From the NCBI RefSeq assembly GCF_058153355.1, contig NZ_CM177019.1: DNA of 64,000 nucleotides. One strand, given 5' to 3'. How positions within the stretch are numbered: the first letter of the stretch is position 1; each line of letters begins with the position of its first letter. Made by a program: the position numbers and the translations under genes. Below, in pieces: positions 48,588-56,630 of the stretch. The notes under the pieces were generated by a model. The model did no database searches. It worked only from the letters and a program-made list of their open reading frames with translations, and was not told the DNA's origin.

Positions 48588-49049
48588 TTATTTCACTTCT
48601 TTAAAACCAGCGGCTTTCATCACCAGTTCCATTTGCGCCATAGTGATACCTTTTTTGGCATCTTCAGCAGAAACGTTGATACCTGAAATACCCTGCAGGG
48701 CTTTAAAATCAACTTTTTCCATATCGATAGTCACGTTTTCCTGAGCATAAGTATCGGTAAAGGTTAATTTTTCTTCAACGCCAGGGATGTTTTTATATTT
48801 GGCACTTAACGGCTCAAGTGTCTTGGCAGCATCTTCTTTGGTGGTTGCACCAATGGAAGCAAATTGAATTTTGGTTTCAGAAGATTGCTTAAGAACCTTG
48901 TCACCTTTGTAGACATAGGTAATAGCAATTTCAGTACCGTTCAGATTAGCGCTAAATTTCTTCGATTCTTCTTTGTCACCGCAGCCAGCAAGAGAGAAAA
49001 CCAGAACAGATGCAACAACAAGGGAAAACAGCTTATTGAAAGCCTTCAT
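48588..49049 (-). CDS. yehR: DUF1307-family lipoprotein YehR
   Basis: 153-aa product MKAFNKLFSLVVASVLVFSLAGC with lipobox LAGC. Confidence 0.85.
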   Translation of the reverse strand: MKAFNKLFSLVVASVLVFSLAGCGDKEESKKFSANLNGTEIAITYVYKGDKVLKQSSETKIQFASIGATTKEDAAKTLEPLSAKYKNIPGVEEKLTFTDTYAQENVTIDMEKVDFKALQGISGINVSAEDAKKGITMAQMELVMKAAGFKEVK

Positions 49050-49180
49050 GTAAAACTCCATTTTATTTAATCAAGGAACTGGTGACCACACCAGGGGCCA
49101 TATAGGATATGCCTAATACCTTGGCGTGAGCAGTCCGGAACTGGAGTAGAACTCTTTGTAAAAAGCACTATTTGTCCTTG

Positions 49181-51172
49181 TTACTCAAGCAAGGTTAATA
49201 ATTGTTCGCAAAGCAAAACGCAGTTATTCATTGCTTCTCCCCGTGCCTCGCCTTCTGTATTACGAAATTGTCCCAACACATGTGCCAGCCGATAAAAACC
49301 CATCGCGGTGAGTTCATTGACCAGCAACTCTGACTGACTAATGGCACTCTGTTCCTGATAGCGCCAGCCATTATGGAGCAGTTGAATAAGCAACGCCTGA
49401 CAGCGCATCAGTAACTGATGAGTGGTAGACGGTACAGGCAGAACGCTGGCAGAAGGTAGCGGTGCCACAGGCGCAGTTTCTGCGTCCAGCGCCCAGGCGC
49501 GGGTTTTTGTCATCATCACCCGTGGTTCCAGTGTCAATTGCCCCTCTACAAAACTGACAAAGCCAGAAACCAGACTCACGGGGTCGTCTGTTTGTTGTAA
49601 CAGAGCTGCCATGCGTTCAACGGCAAAAGGAGAACAGGCAGATGCCGGAAGGGATAACGTCAGCACATTATCGTCACCTTCGCCACTGATTACCTGCGCA
49701 TCCAGTGTCTGCCGACTGCTGTCCCAACCGAGTGAAATGCACTCTTCTACTGGCAGAATAAATAAGTTATCGACCTGGTTAAGCTGTCGTATGGCGGCTG
49801 GCGGACGTTGGCGTAAATATTCCCGCAAAGCCACAATGCCCGGCTGGCGCAGTGGTGCGCTCAACATTTGCCAGGCATCAGGCGACAGCGGAACAACACT
49901 GCTTAAGCGGTTGCGGGTAGCTAATAGCAACTCGCCATCAGCACTGCGTTTTGCTGCTTGTGAAACAATTTGCCCACCCGCCAGCGCGCCAGCCTGAAAA
50001 CTAAACAGCCGCCGTTTTGCCGCTGGAGAGTTATCCTGTTCACTTCTCGGCCAACTGCGCGAAAGATGCAAAATACTGCCGGTGTCGGGATCGGTGAACC
50101 AGATGCGTAAACCATACCGCTCATTATCCTGCCAGCAACGCATACCTAGTGACACCAGCCGCAAATGATCAAGCTTTGCTTCGCCAGCAATGCCTGCGCC
50201 AATGACCGTGCGCCACGGTATGGGCGGTACTTCACCGACACTGTCACGTCGCGCCATCTCTTGTGCACTGTTCAAGCGACTGGTTAACGCCGCAAGCTGG
50301 CACAAGCATTTTCCGGCATGATAGTAGCTGGCGCGGGCGTGGAAGGCATCAACGCTTGCCCGTAGCTGTCGTAGTGATTCACTTACCCAACGCCAGTTGC
50401 AGCGTTCCGCCGCTTGCTGCGCGCGGCTGAAAGCGGCCTCGTAGTGGATTGACGGTTGGCTGATGCCTCCCAGCCATAATGCCTGACTTAATTGCTGAAC
50501 ATATTGACGACATGCTTTACCTTCGTCGCTGGAAAACGGATCGTCAGATGATGTGACGTGTTCACTGTGCATCTGCCAGATCAAATGAGTAAATTCTGCT
50601 TGTTGATTTTTGGCCTCGACGAAGGCCTGCACAGCCAGTGCTACGTGTTCACACAGCGTTCCTTCAATACAATCACAACGGGCGAAACGAATGCTGCTGC
50701 GGGAATAAAAACGCACATCGCTCATCGGTAAGCGGGCAGAGGGAATTTCGCCCGGCGTGCAGAACAACTCAATGGTGATGCCTTTAGCGACCAGCGCCTG
50801 CGCGCGTTTGCGCGTGGTATTGGGCAGGGTAGCCAGTTCTTCCTGCCAGATTGCCGGATCCCACTCTTCTTCTTTTTCCGTAGGCTGGGCGGTGGCACAA
50901 AGTCGTTGATAACTTAACACCAGCATCACGCGATGACGGCACATGCCGCTGGCCCCGCAGCTGCATTGAGCCTCTTTCAGTGCCTGACTGTTCGCCAGCC
51001 GGGTACGGACACCGTCACTGAACGTGGCGATTAAAGCGCCGTTCTCATGGCAGATTTCCGGGACATTGCCATTTTCCAGTTCCTTAAGGCTGCGCTTCAC
51101 AAAACCAGCATTGCTTAACGCCGTCAGGGCCTGCGGTGTCAGTTCTAATAATTCCGGACGTAGTGAATTCAT
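49181..51172 (-). CDS. yehQ: SWIM zinc-finger protein YehQ
   Basis: Start MNSLRPELLELTPQ overlaps the yehP stop (ATGA); two CxCx5CxH SWIM motifs visible (CSCGASGMCRH and CDCIEGTLCEH). Confidence 0.85.
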   Translation of the reverse strand: MNSLRPELLELTPQALTALSNAGFVKRSLKELENGNVPEICHENGALIATFSDGVRTRLANSQALKEAQCSCGASGMCRHRVMLVLSYQRLCATAQPTEKEEEWDPAIWQEELATLPNTTRKRAQALVAKGITIELFCTPGEIPSARLPMSDVRFYSRSSIRFARCDCIEGTLCEHVALAVQAFVEAKNQQAEFTHLIWQMHSEHVTSSDDPFSSDEGKACRQYVQQLSQALWLGGISQPSIHYEAAFSRAQQAAERCNWRWVSESLRQLRASVDAFHARASYYHAGKCLCQLAALTSRLNSAQEMARRDSVGEVPPIPWRTVIGAGIAGEAKLDHLRLVSLGMRCWQDNERYGLRIWFTDPDTGSILHLSRSWPRSEQDNSPAAKRRLFSFQAGALAGGQIVSQAAKRSADGELLLATRNRLSSVVPLSPDAWQMLSAPLRQPGIVALREYLRQRPPAAIRQLNQVDNLFILPVEECISLGWDSSRQTLDAQVISGEGDDNVLTLSLPASACSPFAVERMAALLQQTDDPVSLVSGFVSFVEGQLTLEPRVMMTKTRAWALDAETAPVAPLPSASVLPVPSTTHQLLMRCQALLIQLLHNGWRYQEQSAISQSELLVNELTAMGFYRLAHVLGQFRNTEGEARGEAMNNCVLLCEQLLTLLE

Positions 51173-52305
51173 GACTGAAGATTCTCCGCAAGCCAGGTAG
51201 CCAGTTCGCCCGGCGTCATTGCGGCTATTTGTGCGCCGACATTTACCAGCGCCTGGGCTGTATCGCGGTCGTAGCAAGGTGTTGCGGTGCTATCGAGCGC
51301 TGCCAGTCCCAGCACTTTGATGCCGCTCTGGACACACTTTTTCACCTGATGCGTCAGCAATGATGATGAACCCCCTTCATAAAAATCGCTCACGAGGATG
51401 ATGACGCTTTTCGCTGGTTGTTCAATAAGTTGCCGACCATATTCCACGGCGCTGGCGATATTGGTCCCGCCATCCAGCTGTACTTTCATTAATAACTCTA
51501 CCGGATCGGCAACGTCTGCCGTGAGATCGACGACGCTTGTGTCAAAAGCGACCAGATGGGTGCGGATACCGGGTAACTGCCATAAACAGGCCGCCATCAC
51601 CGCTGAGTGGATCACCGAATCGACCATTGAGCCGCTTTGATCAACCAGTAACACCAGCTGCCATTGTTCGCTATGGCGTTTAATTCGGCTGTTAAAGCGG
51701 GGGGATTCGATATACAACTTGCCGTGTTGCGGGTGCCAGTGTTGCAGGTTGGCGCGCAGAGTACTTTTGAAATCGAAATTACGTGCCAGTGGAATAAATG
51801 AGCGGCGACGGCGATCGCGGACACCTGAAAAAGCCTGACGAACTTCCTTTGCCAGTCGCGCCATAATTTCTTCAACAACCTGGCGCACTATCCGGCGGGC
51901 GGCAGCCAGCACTTCGGGATTCATCAGATGTTTGGTGTGCAAAACGGCGCGTAGCAGGCTTTCAGAAGGCTGCATACGCTCCAGCACGTCGAGATTCGTC
52001 ACCACATCTTCAATGCCGTAGCGCAGTACGGCATCGCTTTCCAGCCGCTCAATCACCCGTTGCGGAAATAGTGTGTGAATACTGTTGATCCACTCAGGGG
52101 TGGTGAGATTTGAGTCACCTAATCCACCGGAGCGTTCACCACGCTGGAGCCGTTCAGGATCGCGCCCATACAGCCACTCCAGCGCGTGGTCTATCTGCCG
52201 GGCATTGTCATCCAGCCCACAAAGCGTCGTTTCTGCCGCTTCGCCAAGAATTAATCGCCAGCGTTGTAGCTCACGAGTGGTCAGAAGATCGTTCAGTTCA
52301 GACAT
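51169..52305 (-). CDS. yehP: von Willebrand factor A (VWA) domain protein YehP
   Basis: 378-aa product from MSELNDLLTTRELQRW; MIDAS motif DxSxS in LVLLVDQSGSM. Confidence 0.85.
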   Translation of the reverse strand: MSELNDLLTTRELQRWRLILGEAAETTLCGLDDNARQIDHALEWLYGRDPERLQRGERSGGLGDSNLTTPEWINSIHTLFPQRVIERLESDAVLRYGIEDVVTNLDVLERMQPSESLLRAVLHTKHLMNPEVLAAARRIVRQVVEEIMARLAKEVRQAFSGVRDRRRRSFIPLARNFDFKSTLRANLQHWHPQHGKLYIESPRFNSRIKRHSEQWQLVLLVDQSGSMVDSVIHSAVMAACLWQLPGIRTHLVAFDTSVVDLTADVADPVELLMKVQLDGGTNIASAVEYGRQLIEQPAKSVIILVSDFYEGGSSSLLTHQVKKCVQSGIKVLGLAALDSTATPCYDRDTAQALVNVGAQIAAMTPGELATWLAENLQS

Positions 52306-54577
52306 GGAAAACTCCCCAGTGTTGCAGTGATGCCAGTGCCTGCTGTTCGAGTTGTTGATGATGTGCAATGGCTTGCGGTGGACAATGCAACGGCATTTGC
52401 AGCGCTGAAACGGGAAGCTGTGCGAGCTGGTAATGCTCAAGCACCTGATGCGCCAGCGTCCCGCGTTCTCGTGGTGGTAGCCAGGCCATCGCCGCGCGTA
52501 AATCGGGCAGGGCGTTAATAAAATCGTCGTCACTCAGTTGATTTAAATGACTACTGAAACCGGCGATAAATGCCGGCTGACAGGCCAGTTGATGGCGGGC
52601 CAGCGCCAGCAAACCGTGCAGCGCCTCGCCAGATTGTGCCGGGGATAATTGTGCCAGCATCGTCAGCGCCGCTTCGGCACTGGCGTTGGGATGTTCCAGA
52701 CGCATCAGCGCGCCAAGGGCCGCACCGCGATCCAGCGCTGGGGCATGAATCGCCTGACTGCGACGTTCCAGTAAGGCTACCGCCGCAGAAAGCGAAACGC
52801 CGGGTAAATTAACGCCGCTATTTAGATCGCGCAGGATATGGCAAAGCGCCTGCCAGCTATGCAGGTGAGCGTGAAACTCCTTCTCATCCGGCCTGCCGTT
52901 GGATTCACATAGCCACAGTGTGCGATCGATAGCCGCGTATAACGTCGTCTGTAATATCTGCGCGCCTTGCATACCGCTGATTTCATCGAGCTGCCACAAG
53001 GCGTAAAGCACTTCCAGCGCCTGGCCCATTTCGGCAAACTGATTTTCCTTGGCGATTAATAATGTGAGTTGTTCCAGTAATTGCTGACTGAAGGACGCCA
53101 GACCCGCTAACGCGGCCTGGCTAAGACATGTGGTGATGCCGCTGATTCCACCCGCGTCCAGCATATCGGCTTCTAATTTATTGCGTGCGGCCTCCTGGAG
53201 TGTGGCACCAAAGCAGGCGGCTTCAATCAATGCCGCATGTTGGCTAAGTGGCTGGGTTAATGTCCAGCGTTCTTCACCGTTGCCCGCCAGCGTCAGTGTA
53301 CTTCCTTGCTCGCGCACAATGCCGGGAATCTCCAGTATTACCAACTGATGTAGCACCTGACTTTGCGCCAGTCCATCGGGGGTAAAGCGATTTAAGGTAA
53401 GCTCCGCCGGAAGAGAGATTCCGGTACGTTCCAGTTCGTAGGTGACATCTTTTGGCAGAGGTGGCTGTGGCGTCGAGGGGGCAAGTTTACCGAATCCGTC
53501 ACCTGCTAATGTGTCTATCAACGTTACCAGTATCGGATCGGTATCGGGATGAATAACGTCGCGATAGCTCCACGGCAACGGCGCATTCAAGGCTTCTTTA
53601 ATCAGCGAGCCTGCTATGGCATCCAGCCAGTCAGTGCGTAACGGTAGTGTATGACCGCGCAACTGTGCCAGCGCCATCGCATGTAAATGAGCGGCAGCCA
53701 TATCCGCGGTTGAAGCAGGCAATTTGTGCTGGCGCAAACGGGTAAGAACCGTTTTTAGTAGTTGTTCACCTGCCTGCTGCAAGCCCCACCGCCAGCACCA
53801 GTTTTGCCAGACCGGGGCAGGCATTCCTGAAAGGTATCCTGCCAGCACATCAAGGCGCTTTTCACTGTATGGCGTGAGATAGCAACCTGTAACGGCATCA
53901 TCCTGTGAGAGCAATTCTGGCTTGTTAATTTCTTGCGGGCATTCGCGCCACATTTTTGCCAGTGCCGGAGCGTGCCAGCCTCCGCAGACGACTAATACGT
54001 CGCCATTATTTTGCTGCATCGCCCATGCAATCCAGCGGGCCATAAAGGCTTCGCGCTGACGATTGAGTGCATCGCCGGAGGCGTCGCCCCGCAGTTGTGC
54101 AAAATAGTGCGCCAGTGCAGAGGGTAATATAGTTTGCTGGCTTTCATCTTCGAACAAGTGATCCCACAAGGTGTCGCTGTTATCCATGCGGGTGGCACGC
54201 AGCAGAAAGGCCTGGCTTTCCTCTTGCATATCAGGCGAATCATCCTCTTCTTCACTTTGTGCCCAGCAAGGCAAATCGATGAAGTAAGTTTGTGCCTGAA
54301 TACGACGTGCGGCTTGTAGCGCCTGCCACTCCGGCGAAAATTCAGCAAATGGCGTCCAGGCACCACGCCCGGGGGCCGCACCGTCCTGATACTGGCAATA
54401 ACTGTAAATAGCTACCGGAAGCTGGTGGGCTAACAACAGTTCGTCTACCCGGTCATTAAAATCAGCCGGGCCTTCAATCAACACGTATCGTGGCCGCTGG
54501 CTTTCGATTAACGATTTCACCAGCCGGGCGCAGGCCGGACTATGATGCCGGATGCCGACAATTAACGGCTCGCTCAT
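52298..54577 (-). CDS. yehM: Large uncharacterised protein YehM
   Basis: 759-aa product from MSEPLIVGIRHHSPACARLV; no recognisable catalytic motif by eye; sits between the AAA+ and VWA genes. Confidence 0.85.
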   Translation of the reverse strand: MSEPLIVGIRHHSPACARLVKSLIESQRPRYVLIEGPADFNDRVDELLLAHQLPVAIYSYCQYQDGAAPGRGAWTPFAEFSPEWQALQAARRIQAQTYFIDLPCWAQSEEEDDSPDMQEESQAFLLRATRMDNSDTLWDHLFEDESQQTILPSALAHYFAQLRGDASGDALNRQREAFMARWIAWAMQQNNGDVLVVCGGWHAPALAKMWRECPQEINKPELLSQDDAVTGCYLTPYSEKRLDVLAGYLSGMPAPVWQNWCWRWGLQQAGEQLLKTVLTRLRQHKLPASTADMAAAHLHAMALAQLRGHTLPLRTDWLDAIAGSLIKEALNAPLPWSYRDVIHPDTDPILVTLIDTLAGDGFGKLAPSTPQPPLPKDVTYELERTGISLPAELTLNRFTPDGLAQSQVLHQLVILEIPGIVREQGSTLTLAGNGEERWTLTQPLSQHAALIEAACFGATLQEAARNKLEADMLDAGGISGITTCLSQAALAGLASFSQQLLEQLTLLIAKENQFAEMGQALEVLYALWQLDEISGMQGAQILQTTLYAAIDRTLWLCESNGRPDEKEFHAHLHSWQALCHILRDLNSGVNLPGVSLSAAVALLERRSQAIHAPALDRGAALGALMRLEHPNASAEAALTMLAQLSPAQSGEALHGLLALARHQLACQPAFIAGFSSHLNQLSDDDFINALPDLRAAMAWLPPRERGTLAHQVLEHYQLAQLPVSALQMPLHCPPQAIAHHQQLEQQALASLQHWGVFHV

Positions 54578-54587
54578 GCATCTTTCC

Positions 54588-55676
54588 TCACGGCAGGCGG
54601 TGGCGAGCTTGATAATAAGCCTGCCAGTGAGCTTCTTTATGTGTAGCGACACGTTGTTCGAAGTAACGGCGCAGACGTGCGCGATCTTCTTCGTTATCTT
54701 TGACGATGGTTCCGGCAATACAGTCCACCAGGTCGGCTGGCTCCCCCGCGCGATTCGCTAAAAACCAGGCGCGGACGCCCACGGCGTGGGCCACGTTAAC
54801 GGCTTCAGCGGTGGACATAATCGCTGTAAGGGTATCCATTGACGTTTTCTTTTCGCCGTTGGCACGCAGATCGCGGAAGGTGCGTACCAGTAACTCAAGT
54901 ACCGCGTCAGGCACTTTATGCGGAATACCGCTATGGGCCAACAAACGCGCCGAAGCACTGGCGACCAGTTCCAGCTCCTGGGCGAAATCCATAATCGGAA
55001 AAACCGTTTCAAAATCGAATCGGCGTTTTAGTGCCGCGCTCATTTCATTAACGCCGCGATCGCGGGTATTGGCGGTGACAATAATATTAAAGCCTTCCCG
55101 CGCATAGAGCTGACTGGCTTCACCAGTGAGTTCCGGCACCGTCATAACCCTGTCAGAAAGCATACCTAACAGACAGTCTTGTACTTCCAGTGGTGTACGC
55201 GTTATCTCTTCAAAACGGACAATTTTGCCGTCGCGCATTCCCTGGTAGAGCGGGGCAGGGACCAGCGCTTCCGTTGACGGACCATGATTAATAAGCAGGG
55301 CGTAGTTCCAGCCGTACTTGATTTGATCTTCGGTGGTAGATGCGCCGCCCTGGATAGTTAACCCAGCATCGCCGCTAATAGCGGTTGCCAGTAATTCAGA
55401 CAGGAGAGATTTTGCGGTGCCAGGTTCCCCCACCAACATCAAACCGCGCCCGGTAGCAAGAGTGACTAACATGCGTTCGACAGCGGAGGGACTAATCACG
55501 ACTTTACGGCTGATATTTTGCGCGCTATCGCCAAGAATAAAAGAACGGGCCGCAGGCAAACTTAACTGCCAACCGGGCGGGCAAGGTGCGTTATCATTTT
55601 GCTTTAATTTTGCCAGTTCATCGGCGTATAACACAGCGGCAGGCGGACGCTGCAGATGATTATTCTGCGGTGACAT
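54588..55676 (-). CDS. yehL: MoxR-family AAA+ ATPase YehL
   Basis: 362-aa ORF with Walker A GEPGTAKS and the AAA+ core; first gene of the yehLMPQ operon. Confidence 0.9.
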   Translation of the reverse strand: MSPQNNHLQRPPAAVLYADELAKLKQNDNAPCPPGWQLSLPAARSFILGDSAQNISRKVVISPSAVERMLVTLATGRGLMLVGEPGTAKSLLSELLATAISGDAGLTIQGGASTTEDQIKYGWNYALLINHGPSTEALVPAPLYQGMRDGKIVRFEEITRTPLEVQDCLLGMLSDRVMTVPELTGEASQLYAREGFNIIVTANTRDRGVNEMSAALKRRFDFETVFPIMDFAQELELVASASARLLAHSGIPHKVPDAVLELLVRTFRDLRANGEKKTSMDTLTAIMSTAEAVNVAHAVGVRAWFLANRAGEPADLVDCIAGTIVKDNEEDRARLRRYFEQRVATHKEAHWQAYYQARHRLP

Positions 55677-55786
55677 ATATTCATCCCTGAAATGTATTAA
55701 TCAAATAAACGATATTTTACGCGCAATAAATGTTTGGCGCATTAGTTGTTTGAGCGGAAAATATCTGGAAAGCAGATCACAGTAAA

Positions 55787-55868
55787 TAAAAAAACCTGCT
55801 GGTGAGGCAGGTTCTTTTATTTACTACTTTGACGATAACTTGCTGATTGTGCAACATTTCGTACCAAC
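55787..55868 (-). ncRNA. orzO: Candidate antisense sRNA antitoxin (OrzO-like) transcribed divergently from the toxin gene
   Basis: Minus-strand -10 TATAAT (plus coordinates 55875-55880) with a TTGCAA -35 at 55898-55903; predicted transcript starts at the reverse complement of an 18-nt repeat (55851-55868) and ends at a strong terminator (55794-55822). Symbol is from memory of the EHEC locus and is not verified. Confidence 0.4.
55794..55822 (-). terminator. Rho-independent terminator (strong on the minus strand, weaker bidirectional)
   Basis: acctgc-tggtgagg-gcaggt hairpin flanked by aaataaaaaa on one side and tcttttattt on the other. Confidence 0.6.
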
Positions 55869-55897
55869 GAATGAATTATAACCATATCCACATCCCG

Positions 55898-55925
55898 TTG
55901 CAATTCACTAAGCGAGATTTATAAT
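55898..55925 (+). promoter_or_regulatory. Sigma70-type promoter for the small toxin mRNA (long 5' UTR)
   Basis: -35 ttgcaa (55898-55903), 16-bp spacer, -10 tataat (55920-55925); predicted start about 174 nt upstream of the toxin ATG. Confidence 0.4.
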
Positions 55926-56106
55926 CGTGCCCGTTGGGAGGTTGTGCCGGATTGAACCAATTTCAAGTCCTGGCTGCCGGACGGGGGGTGCCGCAGGTGG
56001 TGCCCTGATCCGGAGAGCAACGTTTCGTACCAACATACGTAAACCAGTATCGACAGGCAGTGTAAGGGTAAGGTGCTGGTGTTGCGCTCCTTAATAAGGA
56101 GAGCGG

Positions 56107-56196
56107 ATGGACACGCTGACACAAAAGTCAACCGTGCTCATTGCCGTACTGGAGTTATTAGTGGCTCTGTTGCGGTTGATTGATTTGTTGAAGTAA
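56107..56196 (+). CDS. zorO: Type I toxin-like small hydrophobic peptide (29 aa), ZorO-like
   Basis: ORF MDTLTQKSTVLIAVLELLVALLRLIDLLK preceded by SD aaggagagcgg-ATG; amphipathic single helix resembling TisB/DinQ-class toxins. Symbol assigned from memory, moderate certainty. Confidence 0.55.
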   Translation: MDTLTQKSTVLIAVLELLVALLRLIDLLK

Positions 56197-56218
56197 CGGG
56201 CAAATTGAAACGCATCTA

Positions 56219-56245
56219 AGGGGGAATACCGTTTCCCCCTTTAAT
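56219..56245 (+). terminator. Terminator hairpin after the toxin ORF (also at the 3' end of convergent yehK)
   Basis: agggggaa-taccgt-ttccccct followed by ttaataaagctattttt. Confidence 0.45.
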
Positions 56246-56249
56246 AAAG

Positions 56250-56570
56250 CTATTTTTCTATTTGTTGGATGAATATATTTTGTAGTTCACGATTAAAAAT
56301 TGCTATTACAGTTTTAGGTGATTCACCTCGTAATTTACGCTCATCAATAAATTCATCTCTTATATAAATCAACGCATCATTTATTAGCGGGTCGACATCT
56401 TCTCGATCACGTTGATGAAATGTTGGATGTAGCCGGAATCGCTCCAACCGGTAGACGGAACCAGTAAATAATTCAGAGCATTTATGGATCTCAAGTCTGA
56501 AGGAAAACGGATCTTCAGGTACAGGGACTTCATAATCATAAGTAGCGACCAGCTCTTTTTGCACGATCAT
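56250..56570 (-). CDS. yehK: Small uncharacterised protein YehK
   Basis: 106-aa ORF immediately downstream of yehI on the same strand. Confidence 0.8.
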   Translation of the reverse strand: MIVQKELVATYDYEVPVPEDPFSFRLEIHKCSELFTGSVYRLERFRLHPTFHQRDREDVDPLINDALIYIRDEFIDERKLRGESPKTVIAIFNRELQNIFIQQIEK

Positions 56571-56630
56571 CGCTTTTCCCGGTGGTAAGTCGTGTTGATA
56601 ACGGGCAGTCGCATCACTGCCCGCTGTGTT

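Noticed and set aside
55940-55965. tRNA-like T-loop motif (ggttcaatcc on the minus strand)
   Set aside because: Flanking sequence does not form a T-stem, acceptor stem or anticodon arm; a chance match.
55919-56131. 70-aa minus-strand ORF in the yehK-yehL intergenic region
   Set aside because: Overlaps the promoter, 5' UTR and start of the small toxin gene on the opposite strand; no ribosome-binding site and a low-complexity product; the region is better explained as toxin/sRNA regulatory RNA.
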